Origin: Leptospiraceae bacterium | Lineage (GTDB): Bacteria > Spirochaetota > Leptospiria > Leptospirales > Leptospiraceae | NCBI GenBank assembly: GCA_024233835.1 | Contig: JACKPC010000001.1 | Location: forward strand, 1,349,442 to 1,413,441 | Reading direction: 5' to 3' | Length of the DNA stretch: 64,000 bases | Shown: positions 21,075 through 31,081 of the stretch, in pieces | Layout of the letters: every line of letters begins with the position of its first letter | Position numbering within the stretch: the first letter of the stretch is position 1 | Notes under the pieces: generated by a model | Database searches by the model: none | Told to the model about the DNA's origin: nothing | The model's input: only the letters and a program-made list of their open reading frames with translations | Made by a program: the position numbers and the translations under genes

Positions 21075-22874
21075 ATGAGTTCTATTATGATAAAGTTTCC
21101 CTACGGTATCATGGACTTTGATAAAATTATTACAGAAGCTTATTTCTATCAGGATAGGACAGCCTTTATAGAGAAATGCGAAAACTCGAACAGCACCCTT
21201 TTCTGTGTTCGACCAAGGCGTATGGGAAAAACTCTCTGGCTCGATACCCTGGCCAGTTATTACGATATTCTCAAAAAAAACCGTTTTGAGGACTTGTTCG
21301 GAAATCTTTATATTGGGAAGCACCCAACGCCCAGGCGAAACTCTTATCTTATCCTGAGGCTTGATTTTTCGAAGATACAACCGGGCAAAACAGTAGAAGA
21401 GATTGAGAGTAGTTTTAATGATTATATTTACAGAACAATTAAGAAGTTTTCAGAAGATTACAGAGATTTTATTGAATCAGATAAATTAGATCTATATAAA
21501 GATAGCTGCACTGGCTCTCTCGATAGTTTATGTAATTACGTCGAATCATCCGGCCACAAGTTGTATGTTCTAATAGATGAGTATGATAATTTTACCAACG
21601 AACTTATCAGCACCAATAGGTCGAAAGACTATTCGGATCTGGTTACAGGGGATGGCTTTCTAAAATCCTTCTTCAAAGTTCTGAAAGCCGGAAACATAGG
21701 TGCCATTGACAGAACCTTTGTGACAGGAGTTACTCCTATCACTCTAACCGATCTTTCCAGTGCCTATAATATTGCTACCCACATCACTTTTAAAGAAGAG
21801 TTTAATTCCTTGATGGGTTTTACGGAAGAGGAAGTGGAAGCCATGCTCGAAAGGGCCTTAGAAGAAATTGGCCTGATAGCTAAAAAAGAAGAAATTCTTT
21901 CTCAGATGAGATACTATTATGATGGCTATATTTTTCATGAGGAAAGCGAAGAGCATATTTATAACCCGACCCTGACCTTGTTCTATCTTCAGGCTCTATT
22001 AAAAGAACGTAAAATTCCTAAAAAGTTTTTTGATAAGAACCTTGATATGGACATCAATAAGTTGGAGCACATTACAAAGCTAAGCTCCGTGCATGACAAA
22101 GTATTTGCTCTTTTAGAAAATGAAGAAAAGGTAAGCATTTCACATATAGTCGAAGAATTTAAACTGAAAGAACTCCTTACTATGGACGAACAGGCGGATA
22201 ACTTTCTCTGGTCGTATTTGTTTTATCATGGCATCTTAACCTTTGCTGGAACAGATGCTTTTAATATTCTTCTGAAAATTCCTAATATTGTTTCTCGCCG
22301 TTTTTATTATGATAGAATTCGTGCAGCCTGCTTTCCTCCAAAGCTGGATGCCAACCAGATTCACAAATCTTTCTTCATAGATCTAAATCTTTCTGACTTA
22401 CAAACCTTTTTAGAAAAAACGGTACTGCCGTATCTATCCAACCGTGACTACATTCAGGCCAATGAACTTTCTATGAAAATAATGTTTCTCTCTCTCATGA
22501 TGCGGGAAGACCTGTATATCATAGACAGCGAAAAGGAAATCTTACGTGGCTATTGTGACCTTTTCTACCTGGGTCGCGGAGATACTCGAAAGAAATATGG
22601 TTTGAAAGATATATTAATCGAGTTCAAGTTTATTAAACTATCAGAATTGGAAGTCACACAGAAAGAAATAAAAGAACTTTCTTATGAAGAACTGGAAAAC
22701 CTTCCTCTAATTCAGGCAAAACTGAAAGAAGCTAATGAACAACTATCCATCTACAAAGAACGTTTGGAGAATAGATTTCTTAACCATAATCCCTTTTTTA
22801 AAGATATGAGTGATTTTGAAATACACCCCTTAAGTATTGTGTTTATTGGTTTTGACAGGGTAGTAGTGAAATAA
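21075..22874 (+). CDS. AAA-ATPase-like / PD-(D/E)XK nuclease-fold protein (DUF1703/PDDEXK_9-type), paralog copy 1.
   Basis: N-terminal block FYQDRTAFIEK...LFCVRPRRMGKTLWLDTLASYYD, cf. the RPRRFGKS motif of Pfam AAA-ATPase_like as I recall it. The C-terminal D...E-x-K signature is CDLFY...ILIEFKF. It is 85-99% identical to the five downstream copies. Confidence 0.8.
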   Translation: MSSIMIKFPYGIMDFDKIITEAYFYQDRTAFIEKCENSNSTLFCVRPRRMGKTLWLDTLASYYDILKKNRFEDLFGNLYIGKHPTPRRNSYLILRLDFSKIQPGKTVEEIESSFNDYIYRTIKKFSEDYRDFIESDKLDLYKDSCTGSLDSLCNYVESSGHKLYVLIDEYDNFTNELISTNRSKDYSDLVTGDGFLKSFFKVLKAGNIGAIDRTFVTGVTPITLTDLSSAYNIATHITFKEEFNSLMGFTEEEVEAMLERALEEIGLIAKKEEILSQMRYYYDGYIFHEESEEHIYNPTLTLFYLQALLKERKIPKKFFDKNLDMDINKLEHITKLSSVHDKVFALLENEEKVSISHIVEEFKLKELLTMDEQADNFLWSYLFYHGILTFAGTDAFNILLKIPNIVSRRFYYDRIRAACFPPKLDANQIHKSFFIDLNLSDLQTFLEKTVLPYLSNRDYIQANELSMKIMFLSLMMREDLYIIDSEKEILRGYCDLFYLGRGDTRKKYGLKDILIEFKFIKLSELEVTQKEIKELSYEELENLPLIQAKLKEANEQLSIYKERLENRFLNHNPFFKDMSDFEIHPLSIVFIGFDRVVVK

Positions 22875-23231
22875 AGGAAACTAATATCCTATTCTTTCTT
22901 TGTCAAGAAGATTCATTATAATGTTAAAAAAAGCCAATGCTGTTACTTTATAATTGCTTTAGAAACATGAAAAGAATTGTAAGGTGATATTTATCTTTAA
23001 AAGAGCTTTTAATATTCTCATATTGATCTATGGTCACATCACGGTTCATAAGAGCGTCCATTAATTTACTTCGATAAAGAGTAAAAGAATCATCCCCGTT
23101 TTTTTTGATAATTATTTCTTAATTCTAATAAACTAACTTCTCTAATTTTTTTAAATTGTATGATGACAGTGCCAGCAATTCCTTCTCGAAAATTGTCCAT
23201 CATACTACTAAAATATATGTATGTGCTTTTT

Positions 23232-24062
23232 TTAACAAGCTCTTTTTAGTAAATAAGTACCTACCCATTTTAATTTTCGATTAGAACCGAATCTCTCTCG
23301 CTTCTTAAAAAAGTGATATAGAGAACTTAGAGGATGACTCATATCTTTCGGATGACCGCTGATAGTAATAAAATAATAGTCTTGTAATCCTTTAATAGGA
23401 TAAAAATCGAAAGGTTTTATCAAAAGCTTTCCGAACATTCCGAACAGTATTTTCTTAGACTGCTTATTCAACTCAGCAAGGAAGACACTGTTACAATCAG
23501 TACTGGCCTGAATCGTTCTACCTCTTTTTAAGAAAATAAATTCGGTTGCATTATCATCATGGTCTTGAAAGTTTTCTGCCAGTATGGGTAAGTTGTAATA
23601 ACTTGCTGCCTCATAAGTTCCTATGGCAGCAACAGTGGAATCCTTACTGGCTAAAAGAACTCCTTCCGAAGTAGAGCTTAGCGGAACGATTTTTGGTTTT
23701 TTATTTAAGTTCGAATATAGTTTCTTTATACTATTCTCACATTGTGCCAGTGCTTTGGGATGAGAGCAAATGCTCTGAATGTTTTCAATTTTAGAGCGAC
23801 TGATCAGGTTGTGTTTGATTTTTAGTTCAACTCTATCAAAGATAACAATATCTTTATTTTTTAGTATAGCTTTAATCGAGTCATCCACATAACCTTCATG
23901 ATTATTTCGAAGCGGGATAATGGCTATATCAGCCAGTCCTTTTTTAAGTTGCAAACAACTGAGGTGCTGGCTTAAAAACTCATATTGACTATCCGGATAT
24001 CGATTCAAACCGGCTATATGGGTATTGCTAAAAGCAGGGCCAAGGCAATTAATCTTTTTCAT
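23232..24062 (-). CDS. pheA: Prephenate dehydratase-like protein (PDT domain plus C-terminal regulatory domain).
   Basis: PDT signature blocks (IIPLRNNHEGYV, FDRVELKIKHNLIS, ICSHPKALAQCENSI) and a C-terminal Y-F-x-x-x-GH ending. The gene symbol is tentative. Confidence 0.6.
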   Translation of the reverse strand: MKKINCLGPAFSNTHIAGLNRYPDSQYEFLSQHLSCLQLKKGLADIAIIPLRNNHEGYVDDSIKAILKNKDIVIFDRVELKIKHNLISRSKIENIQSICSHPKALAQCENSIKKLYSNLNKKPKIVPLSSTSEGVLLASKDSTVAAIGTYEAASYYNLPILAENFQDHDDNATEFIFLKRGRTIQASTDCNSVFLAELNKQSKKILFGMFGKLLIKPFDFYPIKGLQDYYFITISGHPKDMSHPLSSLYHFFKKRERFGSNRKLKWVGTYLLKRAC

Positions 24063-24280
24063 CTCATTCTCCTTAATAATAAGTCTATATTACAGGCAGT
24101 TCAAAATGTTTGCAGCAAGGATTTTGAAGCAAAAAGATGAAATAGAAAACATTCTATAATTTGTAAATAATCAGGTAGTTTTTTGATAAATTACTTATGA
24201 ATCTTCGTATTCGCTAAAAAAAACAGGAAGAAATTTCCTTGACTACCGGTTTAAGCCGGTAATCAGGGAGCGGATACATC

Positions 24281-26335
24281 CTACTCTGTTATTTTTGTGA
24301 TAAAACGATAGTAATCTTTTTTACCCCTATCAATAGGATCACTACTTCCAAAGGCCTTAGCGAAATCAATCATCTGGCTTTCCGCAATTCCCATAATATA
24401 GGTTGTAGTTTCAAAGCTCTCGATATTCACTATACTTTCACAATTAAGACCTTCAAAGAATTTCACATAAATAAGCCTGTCCTCCTTATCCATTTTTACT
24501 AAAACACCATCACCACTCTGACCATCGTTATTGAAGTAAATGTCTTGAGAGAACATTTGTCCGAAATTAAAATCACCCATATTCCAGTGATCATATTCTC
24601 CTCCGATGTATACGTTGCCGGAAGCATCCACATGGATCTGGTTTCCCATCCAGAGACTAAACCTGTCTGGAATAATTTCCTTTGACCAGAGATACTGCAT
24701 TTCGCTTGTAATAGGGGAATACGCCTGTATCTTAGTGGTAATGGTACCGGTATCGGGAAAGGGGCTTGCGTTCCCAAAGTCCAATCCCGGATATACGAGT
24801 CCGTTTGTATCTCCTAACAGATACAAAACTCCGGCGGGGCTTACCGCCATTTTCTGATAACGCAGGGCTCCCTTAAAAACTTTTACATCACCTAATGAAT
24901 CATCCGGATTAATACGCAAAAGAAAATAGTCTTCACCATCGCTTGTCTGTCGGATAGCCGAGGAACCAAATGCAGAACCAAAGTCTACTTTATCTGTAGT
25001 CCCGGTATCATTAAATGATCCCAGAACATAAATATTTCCGAAGGCATCTGTAGCCATATCTTTGCAGAGAACCTCCGTATTGCCCGTGCCTATTTTAAAA
25101 GATTTATAGTAACTTTCTCCATTAAACTTACTAATCAGTATCTGCTGCTTATAAGAAGAAAAAGACTCACTTGTGGAATCAAAATCCTGTCTCGGATTAT
25201 AATTCCCCCAAAAATTTGTACAGGCATATACAAAATTGGTATTATTCCTTCTTACAGCGGAAACAATATCCAACTCTTTGTTGTCATCCTTTTCCTGCAT
25301 CAGCTTTGTCCAGTGGTAGGAACCATCAGGGCCAATCTTTGTAATGAAGGCAGATTGGAAATAGGAAGAGCGACTATCGGTGCCTCCAAAATCTGCACGA
25401 AAGTTTATATCTCCATTGAAATAAGCAAAGAGGAGAATATTACCTCCTGAGTCAGTGATAATTTTTCTAACAAAGTTTCTACCGCTTCCACCGATTCTTC
25501 TAAGCCAGCCAAAGCTTCCATCCTTATTTATTTTTTGCAGGTAGATGTCTCCGTCAAAGCCAAGGGATTGCTTCCAGACTTCCCCTCCCCAGGCCTTAGC
25601 AAAATTATGTTTGCCGTAGAAAGAACCTGCTACATAAAGATTACCCTCAGTGTCTATAGCTGAAATCAGATTACCGACAGCGGGGAGCTGGCTTTTTGTA
25701 AATTGATAAATAGAGGTACTTGTATCCCCACCTGTTGTATTTCCGTCTGTTGTATTTCCGTCTGTTGTATCCCCGTCTGTTGTATCCCCGTCTGTTGTAT
25801 CCCCGTCTGTTGTATCCCCGTCTGTTGTATTATCTCCATTCGGAATCGGAATTTCCTCAGGGATAGAAGTAGTATCTGTTTTGGGTACCCTTATAGAAGT
25901 AATGGCTTTTTTATCTGTGTTATCTCTGGCAAGAAGCGTAAGCCATTCTCCTTCGAGTATATAATTCACATCGGCTCTGTCAATTCCCTTTCCTGAGATA
26001 AGAATCTTATCTTCTGAAACAGTTTCTGCTTCCTGAATGGTTTTTGGCTGCGTAGATGTCCTTATGAGTATTTTATAAATATCTTCATTCGGGGTAATAT
26101 CATCTTTGACTATTGGAAACTTTACTTTTCCTGAATTTATACCGGTAGAAGTATATTCCAGATTTCCGTTAAACTCGGGTGCTTTTGTATCTACAGGATT
26201 TTGGCTTCCGTTGCAAGCGGGCGACTTCAGAATAATACAAAAACCAGAGATATTCGAAGTAAAACTATCTTCCTTTTTCTGATTGCAAGTAAGCAAAAAA
26301 AGAAAGAGGTTTATAAAAACAAGTATATTTTTCAT
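24281..26335 (-). CDS. Lipoprotein with TTDGD pentapeptide repeat linker and a beta-propeller-like C-terminal region.
   Basis: The likely true start is MKNILVFINLFLFLLTC (lipobox) with a GGAG RBS. The ORF track extends 17 codons upstream. Its N-domain is paralogous to the N-domain of the 39177-41003 lipoprotein. Confidence 0.7.
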   Translation of the reverse strand: MKNILVFINLFLFLLTCNQKKEDSFTSNISGFCIILKSPACNGSQNPVDTKAPEFNGNLEYTSTGINSGKVKFPIVKDDITPNEDIYKILIRTSTQPKTIQEAETVSEDKILISGKGIDRADVNYILEGEWLTLLARDNTDKKAITSIRVPKTDTTSIPEEIPIPNGDNTTDGDTTDGDTTDGDTTDGDTTDGNTTDGNTTGGDTSTSIYQFTKSQLPAVGNLISAIDTEGNLYVAGSFYGKHNFAKAWGGEVWKQSLGFDGDIYLQKINKDGSFGWLRRIGGSGRNFVRKIITDSGGNILLFAYFNGDINFRADFGGTDSRSSYFQSAFITKIGPDGSYHWTKLMQEKDDNKELDIVSAVRRNNTNFVYACTNFWGNYNPRQDFDSTSESFSSYKQQILISKFNGESYYKSFKIGTGNTEVLCKDMATDAFGNIYVLGSFNDTGTTDKVDFGSAFGSSAIRQTSDGEDYFLLRINPDDSLGDVKVFKGALRYQKMAVSPAGVLYLLGDTNGLVYPGLDFGNASPFPDTGTITTKIQAYSPITSEMQYLWSKEIIPDRFSLWMGNQIHVDASGNVYIGGEYDHWNMGDFNFGQMFSQDIYFNNDGQSGDGVLVKMDKEDRLIYVKFFEGLNCESIVNIESFETTTYIMGIAESQMIDFAKAFGSSDPIDRGKKDYYRFITKITE
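25722..25833. repeat. 15-bp tandem repeat (~7 units, ggggatacaacagac-like) encoding (TTDGD)n.
   Basis: Read directly in the sequence. The units are in frame and vary slightly (GDTTDGDTTDGDTTDGDTTDGNTTDGNTTGGD). Confidence 0.85.
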
Positions 26336-26350
26336 GACTTTTTCTCCTTC

Positions 26351-26390
26351 ATAAAATTCAAAAGCCTGTGGGGACAAATTCCCCACAAGG
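26351..26390 (-). terminator. Rho-independent terminator candidate downstream of the 26399-28024 gene.
   Basis: 10-bp GC-rich stem with a 1-nt bulge (cctgtgggga / tccccacaagg), a 5-nt loop, and then CTTTTGAATTTT on the minus strand. Confidence 0.5.
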
Positions 26391-26398
26391 CGAGTAAG

Positions 26399-28024
26399 TT
26401 AGTACTGAACCGTTGCATAGCTTCTGTTTCCGGCACTCCAGGTCACATCAACGTGATTCATGGCCCGCAAGAGTTCCGAGGCTTTGTAGTAAACCCCATA
26501 ACCCTTGTAATTAGTTTTTCCATTTTCTGTGTAAGTCTCCCAGGAACTTGGGTCTAAGACTACATAATACTTCACTCCATCAAGTTCCGTCTTGTTTGCA
26601 ATGACAACGTAATGATTTCCCTCAAAGGAGTAATATCGTTTCGTAATGGGAAAGGTCGTATCACTTGTGTCCTTACTCAATTCTACCGTCTGGATGAGTG
26701 CCATAACCACACGGTTATTGTCTATTTCAGCATCAATGTCAGTTTCAAGAATATTTGAAGTTTTAGTCCTTCGAGAATAGACGGAACTACCCACATAATT
26801 ATTCATTATGGAATCTATATGAGTCCAGGTTAAATAACCGGTGGCATTGGACTTGCTTATGATGTAGTTTCGAATATCAGCTACCGAAACATTCTCGCAA
26901 GCCCCAAGGATGGCACAGGCCATTTTAGATGCACTGGCACCGCAGTTTGCATTCTGATAGGTTCCAGTATAAGCCTGACCGAAATAGATGTTTTTCTGAG
27001 ATACATCAATTTGTTTACCTGAATCGTCCACCATTTTACCGCTGTAAACTCCTTCCGGGATTAAGCTGTAAAGATTGGCAATTCCTGAATTGTTGTTGTA
27101 GAAACCAAGATGGGTTCCTGTATCAGGAGTCGCAAAAAAGGTAGATTTAAAGGTATATTGTTTAGTAACAATTTCCTTAATTTTATAATTCCCTTCTTTT
27201 GTGGAAATAAGTTTCGATGGGAATGTGCTATTGTTCTCCTTATCGGGTGCATAAGAAGAGAGACTCGAAGTAATGGGTAGGTAACTTTCGAGAGTGTATC
27301 CCACCACCTGATTGATTAGAGGTGTAATAAGCGGAGGGTGAGTTATAGAAGTGACCAGCACTCCTCCCTGCATCAGTTCTTCTTCGCTCGATGGCTTAAA
27401 ATCTTCAGGTAGATAACCTCTGGAAAGGGAAACTACATTGAGTCTCATACCTTTTGTTCCATCCACAGTGGCTCCTGCCGGAACAGCACCGCTGCTAATA
27501 AAAGACAGAAACCCGCTATTCCCAAGGTAATTTAAAACCCCCAGATGCACTGGCCCTGAAAAGGAACCCAGATCATACGAACAATCGTGTATATAATCTA
27601 TACTCTGTAAAGATAAGCCTGGAATCTCGTAATTTCCCGGAATGCTGCCTGTCAGCTCGCAAGAAAACTTCTTATTGAGACTTCCATCGTAAGATTGAAA
27701 TCTTATACTCTTGGAAGATTTCAAATAACTTCCGTTCTTAATTTGAAGCTTCCCTCTGGAAGGAATCGATCCATTTGACACGGTACTAATAGTCTGAAGA
27801 ATCGTTCCTGAACTAAGAGCGGCTTGTATCGCTGCGGCATTCGAAATCTCCTTTTCGTCGGCAAAGAGGCTTCGACCTCTCTGGCTACGAGGAACCGGTC
27901 TTTCAGAATACTCCTCCATTTTTGGAACATTCAGGAGTGTGAAGACTGAGCTTTTCTCAGGCTCCTTACCCTTTGAGCAGAAGGAGAGAAAGATGATAAA
28001 TAAAAATAAAAAAGTTGTTTTCAT
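26399..28024 (-). CDS. Hypothetical lipoprotein.
   Basis: The likely true start is MKTTFLFLFIIFLSFCSKG (lipobox). The ORF track shows a longer N-terminal extension. Ser/Thr/Gly/Asn-rich secreted protein. Confidence 0.55.
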   Translation of the reverse strand: MKTTFLFLFIIFLSFCSKGKEPEKSSVFTLLNVPKMEEYSERPVPRSQRGRSLFADEKEISNAAAIQAALSSGTILQTISTVSNGSIPSRGKLQIKNGSYLKSSKSIRFQSYDGSLNKKFSCELTGSIPGNYEIPGLSLQSIDYIHDCSYDLGSFSGPVHLGVLNYLGNSGFLSFISSGAVPAGATVDGTKGMRLNVVSLSRGYLPEDFKPSSEEELMQGGVLVTSITHPPLITPLINQVVGYTLESYLPITSSLSSYAPDKENNSTFPSKLISTKEGNYKIKEIVTKQYTFKSTFFATPDTGTHLGFYNNNSGIANLYSLIPEGVYSGKMVDDSGKQIDVSQKNIYFGQAYTGTYQNANCGASASKMACAILGACENVSVADIRNYIISKSNATGYLTWTHIDSIMNNYVGSSVYSRRTKTSNILETDIDAEIDNNRVVMALIQTVELSKDTSDTTFPITKRYYSFEGNHYVVIANKTELDGVKYYVVLDPSSWETYTENGKTNYKGYGVYYKASELLRAMNHVDVTWSAGNRSYATVQY

Positions 28025-28220
28025 TATCTTACTCCAAATTTTAATTAGAACAAGTTTCATTGTTCTGCTACTTAGATTATCATACCGGTATGTAAAGGAT
28101 AGTAGAAAGGAATCAGGAAAGAGCAAATTCTTACTGAATTGATAATTTAGCGAAAAAGTTCGATTTTTTTTATAATTTATAATGCAGTTCGACAGGAACT
28201 ATTTATCTACGGAGAAAAAG

Positions 28221-29909
28221 ATGGAAGAATATTTTTTGGAAAAAGATACAGGCCTAACTGTAAAGTTTTTAAGTACAGAAGAAAATAAAGAAATCAAACT
28301 CCTGTATGTATATTATTGGACTTACCACCATGTTAGACAACTACAAAAGAATTCCATTGTTCTTTCTCCAAAGAATACAGTAGACGATTCTAAAACACCT
28401 TCAGAGATGAAGGAATGTCATTTTCTGGTATTAATCGATTTTATGAATTACGATTTACTTATAGGTAACTCAGACACTCCTATATCAAAAGGAAGTAAAC
28501 AAATTTTATTCAAACAGAATATGGCTAAGTGGATATTCGAAAGCGAAGGCAAGGTAATAGAAGTTCCTGAAACGAATAGACTGCATAGGGAACTGAATAA
28601 GAAAGGAGAAGAGAGAAAATCGGCAATCATTGAATTTTTATCTTTATGCTTACTTAATAAAGAGAAAAGTAAGCACATAGAATTTTATGGTATGGATGAA
28701 CTGAAATCCCTTCAATCCTTTTCTCTTCCCGAATTAAAATCAAGGATAAACTCAGATCGAAAAAAAGCTCTTGTAGAAGCTATATCTTTATTAGGAGATG
28801 AAACATTTACAAACAAAACTATAGATTTTATCAGTAAGTTTATAAAGCTTATTCAGAATATTAAAATAAAAAAACATGTCGAAGAATTGATAGAGAAAGA
28901 TATAGAAAGCGGCTTATTTGGCAGTGAAATCAAAGATGTGAAAAGCTTTGCAGGTAAATTCGGCATAGAAGAAAAAACATTCAAAGCCTATTTTAAAACG
29001 AACAGCATAAGCCTTGAGTTTATATCCAAATTAAAAGAAGTATATCCCATTATTGATTTAAATAAATATATAATTCCGAAAACGAAAGGATTTTCCTTTT
29101 ATTCTGATGGCCCTTTTGTTACAGTCATTAATTTTCCTGATGAATCGGATAGAGAATTAAACCTCGGTCTGGAATGGAATACGGTTTCTTACTTCAAAGA
29201 AAAGGAGCCTAAAAAAGATTCGAATCCTTTCTTGAGAGAATTAGAAGGGAGAAAAGGTAGATATTACTTTTCTAATATATTTCCATCCGGACTCCACCGA
29301 CCGGAAAGAACAGGGGAAGATAAGGAAAGAAATTCTATTTTTAAAGACAAGTCTTTGATGAATGAAGAAATTTATACTCTCGCTTCATTTTTGCACTTTG
29401 CCTTTGGAATGGTAGGAGATAGAATTTATTCCTTGGATGAGAAATTAGAGATCATGAAAAATGCAAATGATTACTTTAATACCCAGGCATCTGAGTTTAA
29501 GCAATTGAATGAGATTGAAAGAAAACAAATAGAAGCAGAAATAGAATTAAAAAAGGAACGTTTTATTCATTTTTTAGACACAAGTAAAAAAGAAGATTCT
29601 CATTTCTATGGCTATGCCACTATAAGGCTTTTAGATGATGATTATATCGTTTCTACAGAACCCTATCGTGGTTTACGAATTGAAAGAAACAATTACAGGT
29701 ATAATACATTAAAAGAGAAATTTGAAAACAAAAAGAATATGATTGAAGGAAAACATTTTCTCAGAGTAATGATGCAGACCTTAGAAGAATGGAAAGCAAA
29801 TTCCAAAAACATGGATAATCTGAAAGCTATCAAACTATTTATAAATAAACTGAATCCTAACGAAGAGTATATTAAAGCTTGCAGGAATAACTTATCCGAA
29901 GATATATAA
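28221..29909 (+). CDS. Hypothetical protein whose C-terminal domain is paralogous to the 33770-34786 protein.
   Basis: I chose the ATG at 28221, which has a GGAG RBS 6 nt upstream. The ORF track start is 28182. It shares the FPSGLHR...FYGY..TRL...ERN..RYN blocks with the HTH protein. Confidence 0.5.
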   Translation: MEEYFLEKDTGLTVKFLSTEENKEIKLLYVYYWTYHHVRQLQKNSIVLSPKNTVDDSKTPSEMKECHFLVLIDFMNYDLLIGNSDTPISKGSKQILFKQNMAKWIFESEGKVIEVPETNRLHRELNKKGEERKSAIIEFLSLCLLNKEKSKHIEFYGMDELKSLQSFSLPELKSRINSDRKKALVEAISLLGDETFTNKTIDFISKFIKLIQNIKIKKHVEELIEKDIESGLFGSEIKDVKSFAGKFGIEEKTFKAYFKTNSISLEFISKLKEVYPIIDLNKYIIPKTKGFSFYSDGPFVTVINFPDESDRELNLGLEWNTVSYFKEKEPKKDSNPFLRELEGRKGRYYFSNIFPSGLHRPERTGEDKERNSIFKDKSLMNEEIYTLASFLHFAFGMVGDRIYSLDEKLEIMKNANDYFNTQASEFKQLNEIERKQIEAEIELKKERFIHFLDTSKKEDSHFYGYATIRLLDDDYIVSTEPYRGLRIERNNYRYNTLKEKFENKKNMIEGKHFLRVMMQTLEEWKANSKNMDNLKAIKLFINKLNPNEEYIKACRNNLSEDI

Positions 29910-29955
29910 CTGATATTGCTCAAAAAACAACAACCGAAATATCATTTTAGAATGT

Positions 29956-30741
29956 TTATAAGGCCAATCCTGAGAATACAATATCTTTCCAACCTGTTTT
30001 ATGTGACTCTTTTGTTTGGTGTCCGTAAAAGACAAAAGAAGTTCCAAAAAATTGAGATGTTTCTTTTATAGAACGAAGAGAGACTATACTCTTCCTGAAA
30101 GGTATTTTTAGAAAATCTTTAGATACTCGCAGAGAAAAAGAATAAAAACTTAGATACCGGGAATCACTTCGCTTATTGCCCAGCATAGAAAAAAGATATA
30201 TATGACAGTCCTTTTTCTCCCAGTCTTCCGGCAGAGTATATTCAGCCTGACCGGATGTACTTAGAACTTCTGTATAAATAGCTTTATGTCGAGTCTGGTT
30301 AAAGATACAGATAATCGTCTTCTGTTCTATAGCTACCTCTTCCTCCACTTTCCAGGAAAGAAAAATGGTTCTTCCTTTTGTCTGTAAGCGTAGGTCGGAA
30401 AGTTTTTCCAGGCTTCCCTCACTTACTTGAAGAGAACTGTAATCGAGACATTCGAGACCGTTAAGGAGTTTTAAGTGTTGCAGGTTTAAACTGTTGAACC
30501 GGCCTTTTCTTCGGCTACCATCTTTATCAGAAAAACCTAAGTGAATAATCTCTTTAAAAGCTTTTACTGTTTTTTGAAAGCGACCGAACCTTGTTTCATT
30601 CTTTGTTTGCGCCGGAGTAGTAGGAGCCTTTCGCCGCATAATCTTTCGTCTGACATAAGTTTTACCTTTACGCCTGTAAAACGTTACCGTATCAATACTG
30701 CCCCTTATGCCAGAAAAAATTGTGTTTTCAAATAAAGCCAT
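29956..30741 (-). CDS. Hypothetical protein (261 aa).
   Basis: ORF only. Basic N-terminus, no signal peptide. Confidence 0.45.
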   Translation of the reverse strand: MALFENTIFSGIRGSIDTVTFYRRKGKTYVRRKIMRRKAPTTPAQTKNETRFGRFQKTVKAFKEIIHLGFSDKDGSRRKGRFNSLNLQHLKLLNGLECLDYSSLQVSEGSLEKLSDLRLQTKGRTIFLSWKVEEEVAIEQKTIICIFNQTRHKAIYTEVLSTSGQAEYTLPEDWEKKDCHIYLFSMLGNKRSDSRYLSFYSFSLRVSKDFLKIPFRKSIVSLRSIKETSQFFGTSFVFYGHQTKESHKTGWKDIVFSGLAL

Positions 30742-31035
30742 GTTTTTCTCCTTTTTTGTTTGGCTTCGGCTCGATTCTCTCGCTCAGCCGGCAGCGACTC
30801 CTGAGCGTGCTTCGATGCACTTCGTTTACTCAGCAACCGGATGTGCCAATACTTCGGCGCTGGCTGAGCGAATGAAATGAGCCGAAGCCTGAGCCGAAGG
30901 ACAGCAACCGGATGAGCTGAAGGAAAAGTCGAAGATAGGAGTTTCTAAAGTCGAAGGAATGAGTAGGCATTCTAAATAGAAGAAGCGAAGCGAGAGGTGG
31001 CTAAGGTAGAGTGAGTATTATTATCTATTCTTGCC

Positions 31036-31063
31036 AAAAAAAGGGGTGAGAATCTCTCACCCC
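31036..31063 (-). terminator. Rho-independent terminator of the M23 peptidase gene.
   Basis: Perfect 9-bp stem (ggggtgaga / tctcacccc) with a 3-nt loop, followed by T7 on the minus strand, 19 nt after the stop at 31082. Confidence 0.7.
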
Positions 31064-31081
31064 ATCTGATAGAATGGTATT

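Noticed and set aside
24200-24280. Weak hairpin (aggaa/ttcct) plus a T-run downstream of the 24281 lipoprotein gene.
   Set aside because: The stem is only 5 bp and AT-rich, so this is not convincing as an intrinsic terminator.
25703-25996. Plus-strand ORF encoding a CCISVCCIPVCC repeat peptide.
   Set aside because: It is the reverse-strand reading of the TTDGD repeat DNA inside a well-supported minus-strand lipoprotein gene.
30750-31020. Considered a tRNA or tmRNA in the GC-rich intergenic island and in the 10231-10551 region as a possible island integration site.
   Set aside because: There is no T-loop-like GGTTCGANTCC, no acceptor/CCA arrangement and no cloverleaf that I could recognise by eye. 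This was not verified computationally.
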